Below, in pieces: positions 38,995 to 48,900 of a stretch of 64,000 nt of DNA. The position numbers and the translations under genes are program-made. Each line of letters begins with the position of its first letter. The first letter of the stretch is position 1. Below the pieces are notes generated by a model, which was given only the letters and a program-made list of their open reading frames with translations, ran no database searches and was not told where the DNA came from. This stretch comes from a virus. The DNA is taken from the IMG/VR virus record IMGVR_UViG_3300044655_002046. One strand, 5' to 3'.

Positions 38995-40344
38995 CTAGAC
39001 CTTGGATTTCTTAGCTGAATCCCAGTTCTTCTGGGCTAGCTCGCGGAGCTGGGCTTCTAGACCAGATGAGCGGGTGGCTGCGCTCTGGCCAAACTGTTGC
39101 ACTACTACAGGCTTACTGTTAACAGCAATATTTAATAGCTCCTCTAATTCATCGGTTACATCACGCTCGCCGCCAGCCTCTGTAGAAAGCTTGATAACAC
39201 GAGAACCACTGTAAAGTGCATCGGCTAGTAAACTGAAGCGCTCAATTAACGCAGGGGGTACGCCTCTGCTTTGTAAGCGCTTAGCACGGTTGGCCTTCTC
39301 TCTAACACTCACCTCAGTAGAATAGGCCTGAGCTACAGACTGAGTCAGATCTAGCTTCTCCTCGATAGTCTCTAACTGTTTAGTGAGGGTAGCTATTACA
39401 TCAGCCTGGGCCTTAGTCATAGCTGCTAGCTTCTCTTCGTACACCGCTTCTAGACTAACGCGCATGTTCTCAAGGGCATCTTTAGCCGCTGCTAGTGAGG
39501 GCTCCGTTGCCTCGTCGGTCTCGGTCTCGGGAGTTTCCATAATAATCTCATCCGGCATAGTTGTTTGATTAGAAATTGTTTGTTCAGGTATAACTGCGCT
39601 TAATTTAAACACTGCTCCGGCTATTGTTTGTGGGCTCTGGCTAAGTGCCACTACCTTCTCTCTATGAGGAATGAATGGAGCATTAGTTAATGCAGTTCTA
39701 ACTAATACAGTTCCTCGATTAACTCCTGTTTTCTTATCAGTGAAATTAGTCAGGAATTCGCCTGAGCTGTATTCGTACTCTCCCCTGCTAACTGCATCAT
39801 AGGCTTCTGGCTTAGGCGTGTAGTAACCTACCAGCATGTCGCCTTCAATGCGTAACTGCTCGAGATCCCCGCGCTTACGCTGACCATCAAGTGCCTCTGC
39901 AGTCTCTATGAATTCATCGTAGCTATTAACGTCGGAGCTCTCAATAGGGTGGCCGAATGTAAGATACGGCTCAAAGCCTAGTACATCATTCTCGAAGTTA
40001 GTAACAGCCTCTGTGAATTTCTCCATGGTGAAGGTTACCTCACCGTAGGTATTGTGCTTCCAGGTGCCTATCTTAGCCTGCGGTACTCTCAGCTTACCCT
40101 TTAATAACTCTATACTGGCGTCCCCTACGGCAGCTGAGCTGAATAGTCTGGGCCCGTCAGGTTCTATATTAGTTGGGCAGAGGTCGTCAGTGCACTCTCT
40201 GGATGCTTCAACCTTTATGAGCGTAGTCTCAACCGATGGAGCCTCGGCTTCGTTAGGCGTGGTCCCTGATACCTCGAAGGTAAGGTTATTTATAGTTAAT
40301 TTATCCTCTACAATAGAGGTATCAATAGTTTCGGGCATAAGCAT
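38995..40344 (-). CDS. Prohead protease/scaffold (Mu gpI-like)
   Basis: GTWKH..YGEVTFT, LTFGH, YEYSSGEF and VLVRTALTNAPF, followed by a coiled-coil scaffold tail. Confidence 0.8.
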   Translation of the reverse strand: MLMPETIDTSIVEDKLTINNLTFEVSGTTPNEAEAPSVETTLIKVEASRECTDDLCPTNIEPDGPRLFSSAAVGDASIELLKGKLRVPQAKIGTWKHNTYGEVTFTMEKFTEAVTNFENDVLGFEPYLTFGHPIESSDVNSYDEFIETAEALDGQRKRGDLEQLRIEGDMLVGYYTPKPEAYDAVSRGEYEYSSGEFLTNFTDKKTGVNRGTVLVRTALTNAPFIPHREKVVALSQSPQTIAGAVFKLSAVIPEQTISNQTTMPDEIIMETPETETDEATEPSLAAAKDALENMRVSLEAVYEEKLAAMTKAQADVIATLTKQLETIEEKLDLTQSVAQAYSTEVSVREKANRAKRLQSRGVPPALIERFSLLADALYSGSRVIKLSTEAGGERDVTDELEELLNIAVNSKPVVVQQFGQSAATRSSGLEAQLRELAQKNWDSAKKSKV

Positions 40345-40399
40345 AATTGCTAGTGGCTTTACTAGCTTGTATTAATTAACATCACTAAAGGTAGGAAAT

Positions 40400-40798
40400 A
40401 TGCAATTAGAGAGATTATTGGTTTTAGAGGCTCTAGAGCGACTTCTAGTTCGCCGTATTCGTAATGCGACTATTGAGGGTACCTATCTGGTCTTTAACCT
40501 CGATGAGGGGTTGAGTACCAAGCCGTATAAGATAAATATAGCTACTCTATTACACGGCACGCTTGAGTCTACATATTATAATTACCTGGCCGGCCGTATG
40601 CTAACTGAGGGCTACACCTATACTGCAATTGAGGGAGGTGAGATAGTAGAGTCACCTCGTGGTAATATCTATCAAATACATGGCACAGACTGCAGCTGTC
40701 CTCAGCGAGGTTACTGTAAGCATCTCATACTGCGGGACTGGCACCTGACATACCGAGCGCGGCAGAATGATCTACGGCATCGCGTAAAACCTAAATAG
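40400..40798 (+). CDS. SWIM zinc-finger protein
   Basis: DCSCPQRGYCKHL (CxC-x-CxH). Confidence 0.75.
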   Translation: MQLERLLVLEALERLLVRRIRNATIEGTYLVFNLDEGLSTKPYKINIATLLHGTLESTYYNYLAGRMLTEGYTYTAIEGGEIVESPRGNIYQIHGTDCSCPQRGYCKHLILRDWHLTYRARQNDLRHRVKPK

Positions 40799-42131
40799 AA
40801 CTAATAGCATCGGGCAATCCAGTAATGGAGCGTATGTGGTTCTTATCTCCATCTACTAGGAAGCCCATGTCGTGCATTTGCTTAATGGCTCCTATTAGTG
40901 CTGCTAGATCAGTGGCCCGCCCCGGTAAGCGAGTTATATAACCTGTGTTGTTAGCTAGTGGGTATAGCGCGGGGTCGAAGTTCATCTTGATTAGATTACC
41001 TATGACCTGTTCAGTGAAGGCATGTATCACTGTATCGAATATACTGTTGATCTTACCATCGAAGAGCTCTAGTTGAATCTCACTGGCCCGCCCTGTGCCA
41101 AAGGTAGTCTCTTTATTTTGCATCAGTAGGTTAGGAATACCCATACCCATTAGCATATTGCTATCGCAGAGTGATATGGCTCTCTCGAATGAGTCGCTGA
41201 AGTTATTACCTGTAGTTAGGGCCCCCACCTGTACCGGCTGCTCCTTACTGAGCTGTGTTAATACTAAACCAGAGTCAGTGCTCAGACGCCGGAGTGCGTC
41301 CTCTGCCTGCTCCGCTATAGTAGTGGTTATCTCTGTACCATCGGGGGCCTCCTCCACTACGCCTGTATTACCAGGCGGTACTATTACGTATATGAGGGGG
41401 GTACCATAGCGGTCTAGAGCTATGAGCATCATATCTCGGAAGGCCCGCTTAAAAATAGAGTAGTCTAGCACGCTAGTGAGGCAGCTGGTACCCCAAGGAT
41501 TATTACCCTTAGTGTTGTAGTTAATGAATAGCCGTTTGTTACTAGGGAGCCGTACGTGACTACCTACCACGTCTACTCTCTTAGGGGGGTCTACTATTTT
41601 ATAGGGAGGCAGGGGTACCCAGTAGCCCGACTTGTATTGACTAGCTGTTACTGTATCACCATCTACTATACGGCCATTGTCGTTAGTGACGAGCATAACC
41701 TGTAGTGGATGATAATTGACTATGTCATCTAATACTGTAGCCGGCATATTATCCCGCGTGCCGTGGGCGTATATCTGCTCGCTTAAGCTGAAGCCATACG
41801 TCATAATAGACTTCACGCAATGAGATATCCATGTCTTGGCTCTATTGCGTAGTTGATCATCTATGAACTTCTTAATGCGCTTATCCTCGTGTTGATAGGG
41901 CCCGACCTTATTAAGCACGCTCAGTGCTATAGAGTCGAGGCCCTGCGCTATGATAGGCTCTACCTGCGCTGCCTCATCCCAGGCACTCAGCTGCTGGTAG
42001 GTAGGCTTGCCTGCTCGTCTATAGCCGCCATCCTCAGATAGATAGCTAGTGGCTAGACCTAGGTGCTCCATAGCGTAGATAGTGCGCCGGCGTATTGCTG
42101 GCGTGGGGGCATTGCGTACTTCCATATTCAC
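40791..42131 (-). CDS. Portal protein (DUF935/Mu gp29-like)
   Basis: SIMTYGFSLSEQIY, GNNPWGTSCL, LIALDRYGTPLIY and FGTGRASE..LELF. Confidence 0.88.
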   Translation of the reverse strand: MNMEVRNAPTPAIRRRTIYAMEHLGLATSYLSEDGGYRRAGKPTYQQLSAWDEAAQVEPIIAQGLDSIALSVLNKVGPYQHEDKRIKKFIDDQLRNRAKTWISHCVKSIMTYGFSLSEQIYAHGTRDNMPATVLDDIVNYHPLQVMLVTNDNGRIVDGDTVTASQYKSGYWVPLPPYKIVDPPKRVDVVGSHVRLPSNKRLFINYNTKGNNPWGTSCLTSVLDYSIFKRAFRDMMLIALDRYGTPLIYVIVPPGNTGVVEEAPDGTEITTTIAEQAEDALRRLSTDSGLVLTQLSKEQPVQVGALTTGNNFSDSFERAISLCDSNMLMGMGIPNLLMQNKETTFGTGRASEIQLELFDGKINSIFDTVIHAFTEQVIGNLIKMNFDPALYPLANNTGYITRLPGRATDLAALIGAIKQMHDMGFLVDGDKNHIRSITGLPDAISSI

Positions 42132-42613
42132 CAGAATGAGGGTCTTTTAATCTCAGATAGTGGGTTAGAGTTCATATTCTCTAAAGATTTAGTCATTTCT
42201 TCTAGGGATTGCTTTTGTTTCTTATTCTGATTCTGAATATAGTTAGACGCTGCTTGATAGGCGGCCTCCTGCATATATTCGTCTTGCTGAATGAACTCCT
42301 GCAATCCTATACCAGTGACGCTAGCTATTATAACCCACTTCTCTAGTTGATAGTACTTGGTATAGTTCTGCGCCACCTGAACTACATAGTTATGTTTAAT
42401 AACGGGTAGATAGGGGTCAGGTGGCGGCGATACTATAAACCTAGCACTAGGGAATATACTGCCAGCAATTTGTAGCAGAGGGTCGGCTATACGCTGGAGC
42501 GCGGCATTCTTACAGAATAACTCAGTGTTTATTAGATGGAAGTACGTTAGATGAATGTTTAGATGACTTGCTTCGATTTTGTAGTCGTAGCTCGCGTGGA
42601 AACACCCATAAGC
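42128..42613 (-). CDS. T-part of the tail assembly chaperone G-T fusion (entered by -1 frameshift)
   Basis: The frame of the track ORF 42128-42376 stays open, with no ATG, for 79 more codons up to the slippery site at 42613-42619. Confidence 0.75.
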   Translation of the reverse strand, partial: AYGCFHASYDYKIEASHLNIHLTYFHLINTELFCKNAALQRIADPLLQIAGSIFPSARFIVSPPPDPYLPVIKHNYVVQVAQNYTKYYQLEKWVIIASVTGIGLQEFIQQDEYMQEAAYQAASNYIQNQNKKQKQSLEEMTKSLENMNSNPLSEIKRPSFW

Positions 42614-42921
42614 TTTTTTGCCTCCGCTTGGGCCTTCTCGCGCCCTTTATCGTCAATGAGGTATAGGGTACTGAATACCTCCATGAAATATTGTTGATCC
42701 TCGACACACCAGTCGTCGGTGATACCATCGGGTTCGTAATCGTAGGCATCGCTATCCAGGACCCGGCCATTGATGTTAACAATACAACGGATAGCTAGTA
42801 CTTCTTCAGGTAATAGGCCGCACTCCTTATTATAATTCTTGATCATCTCGCGACGGTCGTGAACCAGGGGGGGCTTGAAGCTAACCTCGAATTGACCCTT
42901 CGGTAATATGATAGTGTGCAT
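42559..42921 (-). CDS. Tail assembly chaperone (G-part)
   Basis: 120-aa acidic protein with in-frame GCA AAA AAG near its 3' end. Confidence 0.75.
   Translation of the reverse strand: MHTIILPKGQFEVSFKPPLVHDRREMIKNYNKECGLLPEEVLAIRCIVNINGRVLDSDAYDYEPDGITDDWCVEDQQYFMEVFSTLYLIDDKGREKAQAEAKKLMGVSTRATTTKSKQVI
42613..42619 (-). other. -1 ribosomal frameshift heptamer A_AAA_AAG
   Basis: Correctly phased X_XXY_YYZ; the -1 frame is open to the stop at 42128, giving a 264-aa product. Confidence 0.8.
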
Positions 42922-42977
42922 AACGTCTCTCCATGTATGTGTTATAAGATATCAGATAAGCTGATTGATATAATCCT

Positions 42978-45900
42978 ATGAGGCCGCTGCCCGCTAAAGT
43001 AGGCAGTTTTTCAGCTATAGCTCTATTTAATAGGTTTTGTACTCTACTGATGGACATCAATAGCTCACTATTCTCTAGTAATCGATTTAATGACAGTGCT
43101 CGTTGGAATGCCCTCTACCGTATCCCTGAGGATACCCGTAGTAGATTACTGCAGGGCTATAATCCTCTAGAAGTACTAATAGACCCTAGCTTTATACCGC
43201 CTGGTACCGACGCCTCTATGGAGATGGTACTAGCTGATGCTTTCTATGATAGGGTAGTTGATACTAGTAGTAGTCGAGCTGCTATCTCGAGCCTATGGGA
43301 TAGTATGGAGGGCCCCGCTCGTCAGGAGTACTTCGAATACATGGCAGGTATGGGGGGTACAGCTACTCCTGCTCGTACCCAGACTGATGATATGCTTAAT
43401 TGGATGGCCCAGCGAGATCAACTCACTATGCGGTCTAACCTAGAGGGCATAGATGATGAGCGTCGCCTACTACTAGAGAATCGCTCTAGCATGTTGGATC
43501 TATTATCTGATGATGGTTATAATGTACGGCCGGGCCTACTACCTATTGCCGCGCTAGTGGATACAGCAGAGAGAGAACTGCGTATAGACATCTATCAGTT
43601 CCAGAATGAGCGCGCTATAGATATGGTGGGTGAGGCTGTAGAGAGAATGGCCGGTAGTGGTCTGGGCGGCCGTGTGGTAGTTCGTATGGCCGCTCCATCT
43701 GAGACTGATGGGGACTCTCGTAAGAATTATGATATCCTGGGCCCCAACATTATGTTTTATAAGCGGCTGTCTTATCTACGGGACCGCTTCGGGACTGATG
43801 TAGATATAGATATCCAATGGGCTGATAGACGTAATCACCCTAAGTTCTTCGTCAGTGATAGGGCCGCTCTCATAGGTACAATGAACGTGACGCGGCCACT
43901 AGGACAATCGCTAGAGCAGGCTGGCTCTAACGTAGAGTTCACGCGGACTATACGCACTAACCTAACTTATAGCCAGATTCAGAATGCCGATAGGGGCATA
44001 CTGCCTGATAGTATGACGCGGGCCGATAAGTTATATCTACAGGCCCGTGACATTATGGATAGATTAGATGGCGGCGATAGAGTTCTATTCACGGGACAGG
44101 ATAGTATAGGTGGTGCCGGCGATGTTAATACTGCTCTACGCCGCCATGTAAATGAGCTCACTAATATACCTACTATCGATGGCAAGACAGGTCGCCTCTA
44201 TATGGTACTTAATCAGGTGTTCCTGCTCAAGCACGATAAGTCCCTGATGGCAAGTCAGCTTAAAGGAGAGATGGGAGAGAACCCTGAGTCGGAGAGAATA
44301 CTATCGGGTTACCAGGCCTATATGCAGGCCAGAGAACAGGAATACTCTAAACTCCAGGCTAATGTACTAGATCTAATTATAGGGGGCCGCGCTCGTGTAG
44401 GTGTAGATGTACATACCTATCGAGAGGATGTGCAGGACCCCATGAACCGCTTATTACTGAGTAACCAGAAACTGGCTGCTGAGTTATCTCAGTCTAATTA
44501 CGACGTAACCCGTTGGATTAAGGAAAACCGGGGCTCTGATGTTAGTGATATGGCTAACGTGCTAAACACGTATGGCTTCTATAGTGGAGATCTCGAGGGT
44601 CGCCAGCGTATGGCTCGACAATTATTAGCTATAGCTAGTGGTAATATAGAGCCGACTGCAGTGCCGCGCAGCCACGTTAAGGCATACCTGGCGACTTATG
44701 AGAATGACGTCATAAATCAAGGGGCCGGGCTGGGCATGCAGAATATAGACAATCGCCAGACCTTCGATATCCTGGGCGGTAGTCAGGGATCCAGTAACTA
44801 TGGTCTTAATTCTCTGGCAGATAATGATGACCCCCTGAGCCGTCGACTGGTTAACCAGGAGATCAATATGATTTACGATAGGGTGAGTGGGACAAGCCCC
44901 CTTAGTCTCTCTGATGAGGAGCGCGATGAGGAGAATAGAGAATACGCGCGGGCCTTCTATAAATTACAGAGCTCCCTGGGAATACAACGAATAGGTGAGA
45001 CTCATTATAGTGGACGGGACCGTAGGTCTATGTACGGTAATAGAGTAGATAGAGGAGCCATACTGGACCTAATCGACGAAATAGAGAGAGTTAATGCAGC
45101 TGTCGGCTCTGAGGTCATAGGTATACAGCAAGACTACGATGGTCTTAATCTAGAGGGCGCTACTCTAACCCTCAATAAGGGTCTACCTACTCAGCGTATA
45201 TATAAATGGGGCGCCTATAAGGACGCTAGTGGACGGGGGCCCGCCGCCTTCATAGATATAAGCGGGGGCCGTCAGATAGAGTCAGCTGAGCTATTCAATA
45301 CTGGCACAATGCGCATGGAGCTGGCTATAGAACATGATGGTCGCGGAGTGGGCTTGGATCCTCGTAGACGCCTGCGCCTTAATCCACTGGATGTAGTAGT
45401 GGGCCTCATGAGCTCTATTGCGTTAGAGAGTGAGACTACTCGTTTAGTGCGGGCCCCACTTATAGAGTACCAGAGGTACTATAGCCCTGATAATATACGC
45501 GCCGCCCAGGCCGTACAGCGTAACCCCGGCGCTCAGTATCAGAGTGCCATGAACTTCTTCGAGAAGCTACTGGGCGTGAGTGGTCTTGACTTAACCACAG
45601 ATGAAGGTACCAGTAGAGTACAGCAGGGCCTCAGTAACCTGACCTCCTTGTTCTACTCTAGTGATCCTGATCTAGATCGCATACGAGACCTAGCGAGTAT
45701 ATCTCGTACTGATAGTCGCCGTAGAGTGGCCTTCGAGGAACTATCTAATATATTCCTTACCTATGCGCGGTCTATAGATGAGAGGGGCCAGCCCATAATA
45801 GACCTAGAGGCACATCGCAGAGGAGCCCTTAATCTTGCCGCTAATAAGTTATATGAGATTATGGATCAGGGCCCCATGTTCGCTGATGTGTTATTCAAGT

Positions 45901-48900
45901 TCATCGAATCCCAGAGTGATAGTCGCTATAAGACTGATGTGCGCGAGAGGTTAAAGGAGATACATGATAGCGCATTCGCCGCGTTCCTTACTCCTACGCA
46001 GGCTCGTAATTATGGTACTACGCAGGCAAGTAATCGGTTACTAGCCTATGGCTTTGGTCAGGGTAGGCAACCCGCTGGTATATCTATAGTTAATGCCGCG
46101 CTACGTCGTATTAAGGCTAATGATACTACCTTTAGTAATCTGAGTGCTTTCGCTTATACTGCTAGCCCATTGCCTATAGGCCCGGTATCTGACCTCGGTG
46201 TAGGTGATGATTTCCTCTTCGTACGAGTTGCTGAAGGTAACGTGAGTCCTACGACTACCGATGAGAGTCAGTACTTCACTGCCTATAGTAACGTGCTGCC
46301 TCTATCTCGCGGCGCTACTGCCAGTGAGGTATTCGACCTATCCATCATACGCAGTGCTGGTGTGGGGAATATCATACGGCGGGATGAGCTGAGTGAATAC
46401 ATGAAGGCAGTGAGTCACCTGGGTATAGACCGCTCTCTGCTAGAGGCAGAGTTCGATGCCCGCGGCGATAACCTGCTCAGGTTCTTCTTTGATCCTAATA
46501 AGCCGGACCAGATGCCTCAGCGTCTCAAGAACGTGATTGGTATGCGCCCCCTCATGGATATAAGTGAGGGTTACACACAGGTGCTGGAGCTAGTTAGTCC
46601 TATTAATACTGGTAAGGTTATACCTGAGTTGACTCCCGTTAGGTATCAGGCTCGCTACGGTGGGAGCAATGTAGATGTACTGCAGGGCAGTATGTATCAG
46701 GACGCATACCTAGCTGATCTGCGCGCAGGGCTAGAGGCACGAGGGCTAGATAGCAGTATCGTAGATGATAGCTATCGCTATGGTGCTATATTCAGTGGTA
46801 GAATATCGCGCTTCATGAGCAGTGAGGCGGCTGTAGAACTAGAGGCTATACGGGATGAGCTGGCCGACCGCCTGGGTATCGATAGTGAGGATATACCCAC
46901 CGAGGATGATAGCGTACTGGCCGAGCTATTCCGCGCTACTATAGTGCAATCTCAGCTCTTCGCTAGTAGAGAGCGGGGATTGATAGGCTCTGGACAGGCC
47001 CGCCCTACTGTTATGATTATGGCATTAGAGGGGGCCTATAGTGACTACGCGTATGCTAACCCATTACATAGGGTAAGACGTGGCTTCCTAGATCAGGCCA
47101 CTAAGAGCAGTAAGGCCAGTCTATTAGGGCGAGATTGGACATTCGATAATATACTAGTGAGTAGCGATGACCGCATTGTATTCGATGAGAGAGAGCAGCG
47201 CTACTATCTACTAGATAGAGAGGGGCGTCGTAAGCAGACCATCACTAGTCGTAGCGAGATGCGCGTATTCCTGGACCAGATAGAGAGTACATCTCGTAAT
47301 CCTAAGATGGGGGCCTCTATGGCTACTAGTGCCGCAGCAGGTATACGCGGCGAGTATGCTATTGAGCAACTACTACAGGTTAGTAGGCTGACTGGTAGCG
47401 ATGCTACTAATGAAGTGCAGGTGCAGATACAATTCCTGCGTACTCTACTTGAGGGCGGCTCCCGACGGGTAGAGGCAGAGCGCGGGCTAGCTAAGATAGT
47501 CCCTGTGTTCCTGAGTGAGGATATTATGCGTAGTGAGGTGTTCCCCACTATACAGCAGGGGGGCTATCATAGTGCTCTCGAGATAGAGGACATTCAGTAT
47601 ATAATTAGCCCCACTAATCTGAAGAGCTATGCATTCAACCACGGGGCCACTCTACTTACCTATAATGGTGGGGAGCTATTCCGTCGGGGGGTACTGGAAC
47701 GAAATGATCAACAGATAGCGGCGGCCCTGCTTTCCATAGCTGATTCGCGTCTCTTTAGTAATAGCAGCAATATTAATATAGACAGTGTTCATATAGAGAT
47801 AGCACAGTTGGCAGCGCAGGGGCGGCTCGGTAATTACTATCGTGACCTCTATATGTCTACTATGCTGGAACTTATGCGGAGCGGTAAGCTAGGAGATGAC
47901 TCACCTCATCTCGAAATAGGGAGGAAGCTAGTACGCGGGAGCGATGATGCTATTAATAGATTACAGAGTCCTGTTTTAAGAGCCATTGATATATCAGAGA
48001 TAATGGCCGCTCTGCGTAGTGGGACTAGTAGCGGGGCATTATCTGATAAGGTAGGGCTGATGGTAGATGCGGCAGATGCAGCGCGCAGGGGTTATGTAGA
48101 TACTGGGGCTATGGGCCGGGGCTTTGAGCGCGCTGCTTTAGCCGGTAACCTAGAGATTATGATGCAGCTCATGTCACTTAATAATACCCTAGAGCTCAAG
48201 ACCGCACCAGTGACTGGTAGCGATAGTATATCCCGCCACGCGTATGCGGCTATGAGCGCTATAGCAGGTGTTACGCAGGCAGATGAGATGAACATAGGCC
48301 AGGAGAACGTGGCCGCTATGCTCGATAGACTGAGTAATTACTCTCGCTACGTGGTGTTATATAATGCCGTGATGGGTAGTAGCTCTAAGGTGCCATTGAG
48401 TAGTAAGGACACTGCGCAATTAGAAATGCAGCATATAGTATCTAGCCCCTTCATGGCTAACGTGGATAAATTCAAGCGCGATGGTAGTGTCGATAGTATG
48501 CGTAGGGCTATCCTCGGTGTTATGAAGATGGCTATAGGGGCAGACCCCAATAAGATAGCGGTGGATGATATTCCTATGTATGACCTAGCTAGTCTGGACT
48601 TCCATGCTAACTCTACGTTGGGAGAGATACTACTAGGAGCGTATAATGATGCGCGGGCCCCACTGAGCGATATAACTAATCTACGCGAGCGATACCGGCA
48701 GTTCCACACTGCATTATCTCTACTCGAGAGCGCCAGTGATACTGACATGGTGTCATATACTAGAGGGTCGGGCCTCGATACTACTAATGTTACTCATACT
48801 ATACTTGATGAGATAGCGGCATGGGTAGGGCAACCTGCTGGGACTGATAGAGATACTCTGCGTAGTGTAGTGCGCCAGTCACTTCGTGTCCTGAAGAACG

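Noticed and set aside
14684-42041. Many 60-190-aa plus-strand ORFs opposite the structural genes
   Set aside because: Fully nested antisense to well-supported genes; the NTA bias leaves few stops on the opposite strand. Only the SWIM gene was kept.
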